Positions 1 through 7,395 of a stretch of DNA of 11,590 nucleotides are shown in pieces. Made by a program: the position numbers and the translations under genes. This stretch comes from Candidatus Methylomirabilia bacterium (GTDB lineage: Bacteria > Methylomirabilota > Methylomirabilia > Rokubacteriales > CSP1-6). Each line of letters begins with the position of its first letter. Position 1 is the first letter of the stretch. The DNA lies in the NCBI GenBank assembly GCA_041497895.1, contig JBGQHJ010000154.1, forward strand, positions 1-11,590, in the 5' to 3' direction. The notes beneath the pieces are model-generated. The model had not been told where the DNA came from, did no database searches, and saw nothing but the letters and a program-made list of their open reading frames with translations.

Positions 1-222
1 ATCACCGCGCTCACCTGCGGGCCCAGCGTGCTGGGCGGCATGACCTGCCGGGCGCGCTACCTGGTGAACGGTCAGACCACGGGGCTCGACGCGACCGACC
101 ACTACTTCCGGATCGGGTTCTCGCTCCTGGCGGGCTGGAAGACGGACGGCGTGGTGGAGACGTCGGGACTGCGCTACTCGCTCACGCCCGGCCGCTGCTC
201 GCTGACCATCGACGGACGGTAG
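1..222 (+). CDS. Partial hypothetical protein (5'-truncated by the window edge)
   Basis: Frame 1 is open from base 1 (ITALTCGPSVLGGMTCRARYLVNG...) to TAG at 220-222, with strong G/C third-position bias. No family recognised. Confidence 0.65.
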   Translation: MTALTCGPSVLGGMTCRARYLVNGQTTGLDATDHYFRIGFSLLAGWKTDGVVETSGLRYSLTPGRCSLTIDGR

Positions 223-830
223 CGGTGCAGGTCGTCGGCCGGCCGGCCGCGCCGGTGGCCGCGCCCCGCGCTCCGACCCGTCATCCAGGCCCCCGGCTTA
301 CGGTCTGGCTCGACGCGCGCGTCGTGTGATCCCAGAACCGGAAAGATCTCCCGCACGAGCCCCTCGTACTCCTCCACCGTCCTCCGGTAGATGTCGAGGC
401 CCGGCACCAGGTGCAGATCGAGCGTGACCGGCGTCAGGCCCGCGGGTAGTGTGGAGACGTGAACCGCCTGGAAGCAGGAACGGCCGGACTGGGGCTGGTC
501 GGTCACGATGATCTCGTACAGCTCCGGCCACTGCCGGGCCACCTCGGCCGAGCGTGAGGGCGAGTCCCGCCGCAGATAATCCTCCAGGTCCGCGCGGTAC
601 TTCACCTCGACGGCGAGCAGGCGGTAGGAATGATGACCGAGGCCCGGCTCGTCGAGGGCCCGCCACACCACGAAGTCCGGCATGAACTCGGAGCGGCCGG
701 TCCGCACGAGCGCCGGTATCGGGGTCTCGCGAACGACCCGGGCCACCGTGTACTTCGCCCGCTTGAAGACCGCCTCGATCAGCGCCTCGGCCATGCGCCC
801 TTTCAGCAGGCCGATCGGGTCCATGGTCAT
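174..830 (-). CDS. PD-(D/E)xK nuclease-superfamily protein
   Basis: Motif order GRMAEALIE (helix Glu), MPDFVV (PD), AVEVKYR (ExK). The start overlaps the upstream stop as ATGA at 830-827. Confidence 0.7.
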   Translation of the reverse strand: MTMDPIGLLKGRMAEALIEAVFKRAKYTVARVVRETPIPALVRTGRSEFMPDFVVWRALDEPGLGHHSYRLLAVEVKYRADLEDYLRRDSPSRSAEVARQWPELYEIIVTDQPQSGRSCFQAVHVSTLPAGLTPVTLDLHLVPGLDIYRRTVEEYEGLVREIFPVLGSHDARVEPDRKPGAWMTGRSAGRGHRRGRPADDLHRYRPSMVSEQRPGVSE

Positions 831-1246
831 CGCTGGGCGTCCGAGATCTTGACGGACAGTTCGCGGAGCCGCTCCAGCGTCTCCGGGCGGAGCATCGCCG
901 CGAAGCCGGCCGGATCCGACTTGGCTCGATCGAGCGCTTCGCTCATGGCCCGGGGGTCGCCGTTCGAGTTCCGGGTCAGGTCGGCGAACACGTCGGCCGC
1001 GAGCCCGTAGACCTCCTGGACGAGAGCCGAGGATCCCGCCATCCCCTGCACCTGCCGGTCGACCTCCGCGGCGGTGGGATCGCTGGCGATGATCTTGCCC
1101 CGCAAGGCCGGGTCGGCCAGCATGCGCAGCGTGGTCGCCAGGGCGTCCGCGGAGGCGGGGTCGAGGGCCTGGGAGTGGGTCGGCGTGGCGGAGCAGGTCA
1201 CGACGAGCAGGGCGGCGAGCGCGGCGGTGGCGAGTCGGGTGATCAT
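827..1246 (-). CDS. Secreted all-alpha hypothetical protein (139 aa)
   Basis: Start reassigned to ATG at 1246, which gives a signal-peptide-like N-terminus MITRLATAALAALLVVTCSATPTHSQA. Coupled to the downstream nuclease gene by ATGA. Confidence 0.7.
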   Translation of the reverse strand: MITRLATAALAALLVVTCSATPTHSQALDPASADALATTLRMLADPALRGKIIASDPTAAEVDRQVQGMAGSSALVQEVYGLAADVFADLTRNSNGDPRAMSEALDRAKSDPAGFAAMLRPETLERLRELSVKISDAQR

Positions 1247-1335
1247 AGCGTCCAGGGTCAGCAAGAGTCGGACCAGCCGCGAGACCATGAAATCAGCGGG
1301 AATCTGCGCCGGCGCCGGCCGTCCGTGGCGGTCGG

Positions 1336-1357
1336 CTGACAGACGATGTCAGACCAT
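1336..1357. promoter_or_regulatory. Putative transcription-factor operator: CTGACA-N5-TGTCAG inverted repeat overlapping a GntR/FadR-like ATGTCAGACCA
   Basis: Perfect 6-bp inverted repeat at 1336-1341/1347-1352 in the divergent intergenic region, about 25 bp upstream of the Rid gene -35. Confidence 0.35.
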
Positions 1358-1377
1358 CGGCCATCGGCGGTCACGGC

Positions 1378-1406
1378 TTGACCGGCCGCGCCGGGCGGAG
1401 AATAAT
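1378..1406 (+). promoter_or_regulatory. Putative sigma70 promoter of the Rid gene
   Basis: TTGACC (1378-1383), 17-nt spacer, AATAAT (1401-1406). SD AGGAGGAG at 1441-1448. Confidence 0.55.
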
Positions 1407-1454
1407 CGCCGCGCGACACGCCCCGCTCACCCCCCACACGAGGAGGAGATTTCG

Positions 1455-1925
1455 ATGCCCACGACCGCTCACCGGGAAGAGATCTGGGTTCCGGGCATGC
1501 CCGAGCCGATCAGCCACTTCGTCCACGTGGTTCGCGCCGGCCGGCTCGTCTTCGTGTCCGGCTGCGTGGCCAGCGACGACCACGGGCGCACGGTGGGCGG
1601 CAGCGACATCACCGCGCAGACCCGGCAGGTTCACGAGAACATCAAGCGCTGCCTGGCCGCCGCGGGGGCGACCTTCGCCGACGTCTGCAAGGTGACGGTG
1701 TACCTCAAGAACGTCGGCGACCGGGAGAAGGTCAACGCGGTGCGGAAAGAGTACTTCGGGGCGAGCCGACCGGCGAGCACGCTCATCGAGATCTCCCAGT
1801 TCGTGCGTCCGGACCTGCTCATCGAGGTCGAGGCGGTGGCGGTGCTGCCCGAGCGGCGCGCCGGCAAGCCGGCCCGCCGGAAGCCCGCTCGCCGCGCCGC
1901 GCCCCGGAAGGCACGCCGCCGCTGA
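1455..1925 (+). CDS. Rid/YjgF/YER057c/UK114 family protein, Arg-less type, with a basic C-terminal tail (156 aa)
   Basis: Motifs LVFVSGCV, KVTVYL, PASTLIEI, LLIEVEAVA. Strong SD 6 nt before ATG 1455. Confidence 0.9.
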   Translation: MPTTAHREEIWVPGMPEPISHFVHVVRAGRLVFVSGCVASDDHGRTVGGSDITAQTRQVHENIKRCLAAAGATFADVCKVTVYLKNVGDREKVNAVRKEYFGASRPASTLIEISQFVRPDLLIEVEAVAVLPERRAGKPARRKPARRAAPRKARRR

Positions 1926-1961
1926 GCCGCGCCGGCCGAGCGAAGCGTCGATTCTCACGTC

Positions 1962-3614
1962 TCAAGACGAGCCGGCACGAGCCTGCTCGCGCAGGGCGCG
2001 CTTGACGATCTTGCCCGAGCCGGTCTTCGGCAGCGTGGGCACGAACCGCACCGCGCGTGGCGCCTTGTAGACCGCCATCTCGGCGCGACACCACTCGACG
2101 AGCTCGCGCTCGCTCGCGGTCGCTCCCGGCCGGCGCACCACGAAGGCCAGCACGTCCTCGCCGCGGTACGGGTCGGGCACGCCCACCACGCCGACCTCGG
2201 CCACTGCCGGGTGCCGGTACATGATGGCCTCGACCTCCGCCGGGAAGACGCTGTAGCCGGAGGCCTTGATCAGGTCCTTCTTGCGCTCCTCGATCGTGAA
2301 GTAGCCTTCCTCGTCCACCCGCCCGATGTCGCCGGTCCGGAGCCAGCCGTCCGGGATCGCCTCCGCGGTCGCCTCCGGCCGGCGCCAGTAGCCCTTGGTG
2401 ACCATCGGCCCGCGGATCGCGATCTCGCCGGATTCGCCCGGCGCCACCTCGGTCATCCCGTCTTCCAGGCTCACGATCCGCACCCCGGTGTACGGTAGCG
2501 GCACGCCGACGGTCCCGTAGCGCGGGCGGTGGGGCGGGTTCGAGTGGCTGGGCGCGGTGGTCTCGGTGAGCCCGTAGCCCTCCACCAGGCGATGCCCGGT
2601 GGTCGCCTCCCACCGGCGCGCGATCTCCGCGGGCACCGGCGCCCCGCCGGAGGCGCAGAGCCGGAGCGAGGTGAGGTCGTAGGTCGGCGTCGCCTCGTGG
2701 TTGAGGATGGCCACGTTGATGGTCGCGATCAGGGTGGTCACCGTGCACCGGTAGCGCTGGATGGCGCGCAGCGCGGTCTCCACCTCGAAGCGATGGAGCG
2801 CCACCAGGGTGGCCCCGGTGTAGGCCATCAGGTTGAGCTGCACCTCCATCCCGGTGATGTGGAACCACGGAACGACGCCCAGGAGCACGTCGGCCGCGGT
2901 GATGCCGAAGAAGGCGCGAATCAGCTCGCAGTTGGCGGTGACGTTGCCGTGGGTCAGCTCCGCGCCCTTGGGGGCGCCGGTGGTGCCCGAGGTGTACTGG
3001 ATCAGCGCGGTGTCGTGGCGCGTCCGCGGCTCGGGCGTGCGGAGCGTGCCGCCGCGCGCGACGATCACGCCGAAGTCCTCCCAGCCGACCGCCCGCCGCG
3101 GCCCCTCCTCCCGCAGCGACGGAGGCAGGGGCAGCGTGGGCTCCACCGGCAGGTAGTCCCGGTACGAGACGAGCACCGCGGCGTCGAGCGCGGTCCGATC
3201 GCGGACGCTCTCCACCACCTCGCGGCCCGCGTCGGCCGCCACGATGACCCGCGCCCCCGAGTCCTCGAGCTCGTGCCCCAGCTCGTGAGCCTTGTGCATG
3301 GGGTTGAGCGCGACCGTGATGGCCCCGACCTTGAGCGCGCCGAAGTGAGCCACCGCGAACTGGGGGCAGTTCTCGAGGTAGAGCGCGACCCGGTCGCCCG
3401 GGCCGACGCCGCGGCCGCGCAACCAGCCCGCGAAGCGATCGCTCGCCTCGTCCAGCTCGGCGAACGAGATCTCGCGCCCGTAGAAGACCAGCGCCGCCTT
3501 GCGGGGAACGCGCGCCGCGGTGGCTTTGAGCCGCGTCGAGAGCGGCTCGTCGGGCAGGAGGATGCGCGTCTCGTCGACGCCGGGGGGCCAGTGCGCCTGC
3601 CAGATCCGATCCAC
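1962..3614 (-). CDS. Long-chain-fatty-acid--CoA ligase / AMP-binding enzyme (550 aa)
   Basis: ANL motifs QYTSGTTGAPKG, EGYGLTET, WLRTGDIG, RKKDLIKASG, PKTGSGKIVK. The N-terminus 'VDRIWQAHWPPGV' places the start at GTG 3614. Confidence 0.92.
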   Translation of the reverse strand: MDRIWQAHWPPGVDETRILLPDEPLSTRLKATAARVPRKAALVFYGREISFAELDEASDRFAGWLRGRGVGPGDRVALYLENCPQFAVAHFGALKVGAITVALNPMHKAHELGHELEDSGARVIVAADAGREVVESVRDRTALDAAVLVSYRDYLPVEPTLPLPPSLREEGPRRAVGWEDFGVIVARGGTLRTPEPRTRHDTALIQYTSGTTGAPKGAELTHGNVTANCELIRAFFGITAADVLLGVVPWFHITGMEVQLNLMAYTGATLVALHRFEVETALRAIQRYRCTVTTLIATINVAILNHEATPTYDLTSLRLCASGGAPVPAEIARRWEATTGHRLVEGYGLTETTAPSHSNPPHRPRYGTVGVPLPYTGVRIVSLEDGMTEVAPGESGEIAIRGPMVTKGYWRRPEATAEAIPDGWLRTGDIGRVDEEGYFTIEERKKDLIKASGYSVFPAEVEAIMYRHPAVAEVGVVGVPDPYRGEDVLAFVVRRPGATASERELVEWCRAEMAVYKAPRAVRFVPTLPKTGSGKIVKRALREQARAGSS

Positions 3615-3621
3615 GGCCCGG

Positions 3622-3630
3622 ATACTATCA
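3622..3630 (-). promoter_or_regulatory. Extended -10 promoter (TGaTAGTAT) for a probably leaderless CoA-ligase mRNA
   Basis: TGnTAnnnT ends 7 nt before the GTG start at 3614. No SD present. Confidence 0.6.
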
Positions 3631-3650
3631 CCGCGGTGACACGCCTCGCG

Positions 3651-3679
3651 TTGACACTCCAGGAATCGGCGCGTAGCAT
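3651..3679 (+). promoter_or_regulatory. Sigma70 promoter of the TonB-dependent receptor
   Basis: Perfect TTGACA (3651-3656), 17-nt spacer, TAGCAT (3674-3679). ATG follows 11 nt later with no SD. Confidence 0.7.
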
Positions 3680-3690
3680 CCTGGCCCACG

Positions 3691-5739
3691 ATGACGCGCC
3701 GGGGCCTCGTCGTCCTGCTCCTCCTGGTCGCGACCTCACCGGTGCCCGCCCACGCGCAGGAGGCGGAGCGTCTCGAGCCGGTGGTGGTCACCGCGACCCG
3801 CACCGAGCAGCCGATCGGCGAGGCGCCGGCCAGCGTGACCGTCCTCTCGCGCGACGACATCCGGCAGGGCGCGGGGCAGAGCCTCGACGACCTGCTGCGC
3901 CAGGTCCCCGGCTTCAGCCTCTTCCGCCGCTCCTCGAGCCTCGTGTCCCACCCCACCACCCAGGGCGTGTCGCTACGCGGCATCGGCCCGAGCGGGGCGA
4001 GTCGTGCGCTCGTCCTGCTCGACGGAGTGCCGGTCAACGACCCGTTCGGCGGGTGGGTGTACTGGGACCGCATCCCGCTGCAGAGCGTGGAGCAGGTGGA
4101 GGTGGTGCGGGGCGGGGGCGCGAGCCTCTGGGGCAACTACGCGCTCGGCGGGGTGATCAACATCGTCACCCGCCGGCCCACCGAGCGCGCCGCCTACTTC
4201 GAGGGCAGCTACGGCACCAACGACACCCACAACGTCGACCTGCTCCTCGCCGACGCCCTCGGGCCCTTCCGCCTGAGCCTCGAGGGCAGCCACTTCGCCA
4301 CCGACGGCTACCCGGTCGTGAGCTCCGCGCGCCGCGGGACCATCGACGTCGACGCGGGCTCGGCGCACACCACCTTCAACGGGCGCGTCGAGCTGCAGGC
4401 CTCGCCGGATCTCTCGGTGTTCGTGCGCGGCAACTACTACGAGGAGAGCCGTGAGAACGGCACCCGGCTGCAATTCAACAACACCGACGCGGGATCGTTC
4501 GCGACGGGCGCGCGGGCGAGGACCGGCGACGGCAGCGAGTGGACCGCTACCATATTCACCGACTTCCAGGGCTTCCACAGCACCTTCTCGACCCAGGCCG
4601 CCGACCGCAACTCGGAGACCCTCGCCCTGGATCAGCGGGTGCCGACCACCTCGGTGGGCGCCGCGGCAACCTGGAGCCGCGTCTTCGGGGCCCACCGGAT
4701 CCTGGCCGGCACCGACTTCCGCTGGATCGAGGGAGAGACCGACGAGCGGGTGTACGTGGCCGGGGCCTTCTCGCGCACCCGGGTGGCGGGCGGCCAGCAG
4801 CAGCTCTACGGCCTCTTCCTCCAGGACGTCTACACCCCGATCCCGCAGCTCGAGATCGTGGGCGGCATCCGGGGCGACTACTGGCGCGCCTACGACGCCT
4901 TCCGACGCGATACCCCGCCCCCCGCGGGCGTCCCCGCGCGCCAGACCTTCTCCGACATCGACCGCATGGGCGCGAGCCCACGGCTGGCGCTGCTCTATCA
5001 CGCCACGCCCTCCACCGACCTGCGCGCCTCCGTCTACCAGGGCTTCCGGGTCCCGACCATCAACGAGCTGTACCGGGTCTTCCGCGTGCGCAACGACGTC
5101 ACCGTCGCCAACGAGCACCTGCGCCCCGAGCGACTCACCGGCGGCGAGCTCGGGATGGTGCAGCGGGTGGGTCCGTTCGAGGCGCGGGCCACCGCCTTCT
5201 GGAACGACGTGCGGGACCTGGTCACCAACGTGACCCTGGTCAACCGGCTGCCCGACTGCCCGGTCGGCACCATCTGCCGCCAGCGGCAGAACCTGGACCT
5301 GACGCGCATCCGCGGCATCGAGACCGAGCTCGAGCTGCGACCGGCGCGCGACTGGCGGATCATCGGCAGCTACACCTACACCGACACCGAGGTCATCGAC
5401 GCCCCGCAGCAGCGGAGCCTCGAGGGCAAGCGCCTGGCCCAGGTGGCCCGCCACGGCGCCGCGCTCACCGTGCGCTACGATAACCCGGCGCTGTTCACGG
5501 CCGCGGTCACCGCACGCTACGTGGGGAAGCAGTTCGAGGACGACCTCAACACCCTGCTGCTCGGCAGCTACGTGCTGGTCGACCTCTTCGTCTCGCGTCG
5601 GGTGACCAAGTGGGCCGAGGTCTTCGTCGCCGTCGAGAACCTCCTCGACACCACCTACACCACCGGGCGCACCAGCGACGGCGTGGTGTCCATCGGGGCG
5701 CCGTTCATGGCCCACGGCGGCATCCGTCTGCAGTTCTGA
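3691..5739 (+). CDS. TonB-dependent outer-membrane receptor (682 aa)
   Basis: Signal peptide ending PAHA-Q, TonB box EPVVVTATR, plug motifs (LRQVPG, SLRGIG, LVLLDGVP, VEVVRGG..SLWG..ALGGVINIVT), FRVPTINELY, VENLLD, C-terminal GIRLQF. Confidence 0.95.
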   Translation: MTRRGLVVLLLLVATSPVPAHAQEAERLEPVVVTATRTEQPIGEAPASVTVLSRDDIRQGAGQSLDDLLRQVPGFSLFRRSSSLVSHPTTQGVSLRGIGPSGASRALVLLDGVPVNDPFGGWVYWDRIPLQSVEQVEVVRGGGASLWGNYALGGVINIVTRRPTERAAYFEGSYGTNDTHNVDLLLADALGPFRLSLEGSHFATDGYPVVSSARRGTIDVDAGSAHTTFNGRVELQASPDLSVFVRGNYYEESRENGTRLQFNNTDAGSFATGARARTGDGSEWTATIFTDFQGFHSTFSTQAADRNSETLALDQRVPTTSVGAAATWSRVFGAHRILAGTDFRWIEGETDERVYVAGAFSRTRVAGGQQQLYGLFLQDVYTPIPQLEIVGGIRGDYWRAYDAFRRDTPPPAGVPARQTFSDIDRMGASPRLALLYHATPSTDLRASVYQGFRVPTINELYRVFRVRNDVTVANEHLRPERLTGGELGMVQRVGPFEARATAFWNDVRDLVTNVTLVNRLPDCPVGTICRQRQNLDLTRIRGIETELELRPARDWRIIGSYTYTDTEVIDAPQQRSLEGKRLAQVARHGAALTVRYDNPALFTAAVTARYVGKQFEDDLNTLLLGSYVLVDLFVSRRVTKWAEVFVAVENLLDTTYTTGRTSDGVVSIGAPFMAHGGIRLQF

Positions 5740-6149
5740 TGAACGAGGTGAGGATCCGGCTGGGCCGGCTCGTCTTCGCGGCGCGCTGGGAGGACGCGGT
5801 GGCGCCGCGCACCTGTGCCGCGTTCCGGCGACTCCTGCCCTACCGCCAGCGCATCATCCAGGCGCGCTGGAGCGGCGAGGCCGGCTGGATCCCGCTCGGC
5901 GACTTCGATCTCGGCGTGGGCGCCGAGAACGCCACGAGCGACCCGGCCCCCGGCGCGCTGCTCTTCTACCCGGGCGGGATCAGCGAGACCGAGATCCTCT
6001 TCCCCTACGGGACCGCGCACTTCGCCAGCGTCAAGGGACCGCTGGCCGGCAACCACTTCCTCACGATCGTGGAAGGGCGCGAGCGCCTCGTCGAGGTGGG
6101 GCGCCTGCTCTGCTGGGAGGGCGCCCAGGACATCAGCTTCGAGGCGTAG
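5739..6149 (+). CDS. DUF3830-family (cyclophilin-like fold) protein (136 aa)
   Basis: APRTCAAFRRLLP, QARWSGEA.W, ENATS.PAPG.LLFYPGG.SETEILFPYG...FAS..G.LAGNHFLTI match my recollection of the family pattern. The start overlaps the receptor stop (TGATG at 5737-5741). Confidence 0.85.
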   Translation: MNEVRIRLGRLVFAARWEDAVAPRTCAAFRRLLPYRQRIIQARWSGEAGWIPLGDFDLGVGAENATSDPAPGALLFYPGGISETEILFPYGTAHFASVKGPLAGNHFLTIVEGRERLVEVGRLLCWEGAQDISFEA

Positions 6150-7092
6150 CCACCCCGGCGTCGGGACGCTCCGGCCGGGCCCGCCAGGTCTTCACCATCT
6201 CGTCGCCGCGCGCGACCTGCTCCGGCGTGAGCTGGGCCCGGATCGAGTCGCGGGCCTGGCGCGCGGTGTCCGCCTCCTTGCCGAGCAGCCCCTGGGCCGC
6301 GAGCGAGAACCACTGGTAGGCGAGCACCGGGTCGCGGTCGACGCCCTGGCCGTTCGCGTAGCGCACACCCAGGTTGAACTGCGCGAAGGCCACGCCCTGC
6401 ATGGCGGCGCGCTGGTACCACTTCACCGCCTCCTCGAAGTCCCTGGCCACCCCATCCCCGTTGGCGAAGCGAAGCCCCAGCTGGTACTGGGCGGGGGCCA
6501 GGCCCTGCAGGGCCGCCTCGCGGTACCACCGCGCCGCCTCGGCGGGATCCCGGGGCACGCCTTCGCCTGCGGCGTAGCGGAGCCCGAGCTGGTACTGGGC
6601 GGCCGCGGCACCGCGCTCGGCGGCCGCGCGCAGGAGGAGCACCTCGCGCGAGCCCGTCGGCCCGGCCAGCCGGCCCTCGGAGCGGAGCTGCTCGAGCGCC
6701 GCACGCGCCGCCTGGTTACCCCGCTCGGCCGCGAGGCCGTACCAGACCGCGGCCTCCACGTCGTCGCGGTCCACCCCGCGACCGTACTCGTAGAGGAAGC
6801 CCAGACGGAACTGGGCGTGGACGTCGCCCTGCTCGGCCGCGCGCCGGTACCAGGCCACCGCGGTCGCGGGATCGGCGGGGACGCTCTGCCCGCGCTCGTT
6901 CATGAAGCCCACCAGGAACTGGGCGGAAGCGTCCCCGCTCTCGGCGAGGGGAAGCCACTCCCGATACGCGGCGGCGTAGTCGGCCCGCTCGTAGGCGCGC
7001 CGGCCGTCCTCGAAGCCGGCCCAGGCCGATCCCGCGGCCAGCAGGGTGCCGAGCGCGACGAGCGCGAGCGGCGGGGCGACGCGGGCGATCAG
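6133..7092 (-). CDS. Secreted Sel1-repeat protein (about 319 aa; probable CTG start)
   Basis: Five full Sel1 repeats (AQ(F/Y)xLG..Y..G.GV..D...A..WY..AA.QG). The frame stays open upstream of GTG 6912 through AGFEDGRRAYERADYAAAYREWLPLAESGD and a signal peptide to CTG at 7092. Confidence 0.85.
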   Translation of the reverse strand: MIARVAPPLALVALGTLLAAGSAWAGFEDGRRAYERADYAAAYREWLPLAESGDASAQFLVGFMNERGQSVPADPATAVAWYRRAAEQGDVHAQFRLGFLYEYGRGVDRDDVEAAVWYGLAAERGNQAARAALEQLRSEGRLAGPTGSREVLLLRAAAERGAAAAQYQLGLRYAAGEGVPRDPAEAARWYREAALQGLAPAQYQLGLRFANGDGVARDFEEAVKWYQRAAMQGVAFAQFNLGVRYANGQGVDRDPVLAYQWFSLAAQGLLGKEADTARQARDSIRAQLTPEQVARGDEMVKTWRARPERPDAGVATPRS

Positions 7093-7093
7093 G

Positions 7094-7375
7094 CTACTTC
7101 CGGTTGATCTGCACCTTGATCTTGGGATACTCCGGCTCCCGGCCTTCCACGTCCACGATGCGGAGGAGCCCGTCGCTGCTCTCGAGCAGCAGATTGTTGT
7201 TCGAGAAGCCGACCAGCTTCCCCCAGGCGCGCGGCACGCCGATCTCGTACTTGGCGGGCGTCTCGGCCACCGCGGCCCGAGGCCGCAACTCCGTCAGCCA
7301 GAGGTTGCCCGCGATGGCGACCAGGGCCAGCGCGATGACGGTGAGCACACCCTTCACGTAGCGGTCCGAGAGCAT
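7094..7375 (-). CDS. Small membrane-anchored/secreted hypothetical protein (93 aa)
   Basis: SD GAGGAGG upstream. N-terminal hydrophobic helix (GVLTVIALALVAIAGNLWL) followed by a short beta-rich domain. Typical codon usage. Confidence 0.8.
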   Translation of the reverse strand: MLSDRYVKGVLTVIALALVAIAGNLWLTELRPRAAVAETPAKYEIGVPRAWGKLVGFSNNNLLLESSDGLLRIVDVEGREPEYPKIKVQINRK

Positions 7376-7395
7376 GCGGATCCTCCTCGCCCTGG

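Noticed and set aside
1074..1454. 283-aa version of the Rid protein
   Set aside because: Overlaps the opposite-strand gene. SD and promoter support ATG 1455.
1952..1964. TTCTCAC-GTCTCA resembling the ECF promoter words
   Set aside because: The words are adjacent with no 17-nt spacer and lie between convergent genes.
3626..3641. Resemblance of TATCACCGCGGTGA to lambda CI/Cro operators
   Set aside because: No phage genes nearby and the match is short. Kept only as a generic palindrome.
3640..3690. Cobalamin riboswitch or Fur box for the receptor (btuB call)
   Set aside because: Leader too short and no such motif seen, so no gene symbol was assigned.
3615..4136. 724-aa version of the CoA ligase
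   Set aside because: The extension overlaps the receptor antisense and the promoter region. Family-like sequence begins at GTG 3614.
1819..5715. Long alternative ORFs (1819-2868, 2529-4454, 3973-5715, 4539-5483 and others)
   Set aside because: Antisense or off-frame shadows of the CoA ligase and TonB receptor, expected at high GC, with no motifs.
6280..6940. About 108-bp periodic repeats
   Set aside because: These are coding Sel1 repeats, not a CRISPR array or other DNA repeat element.
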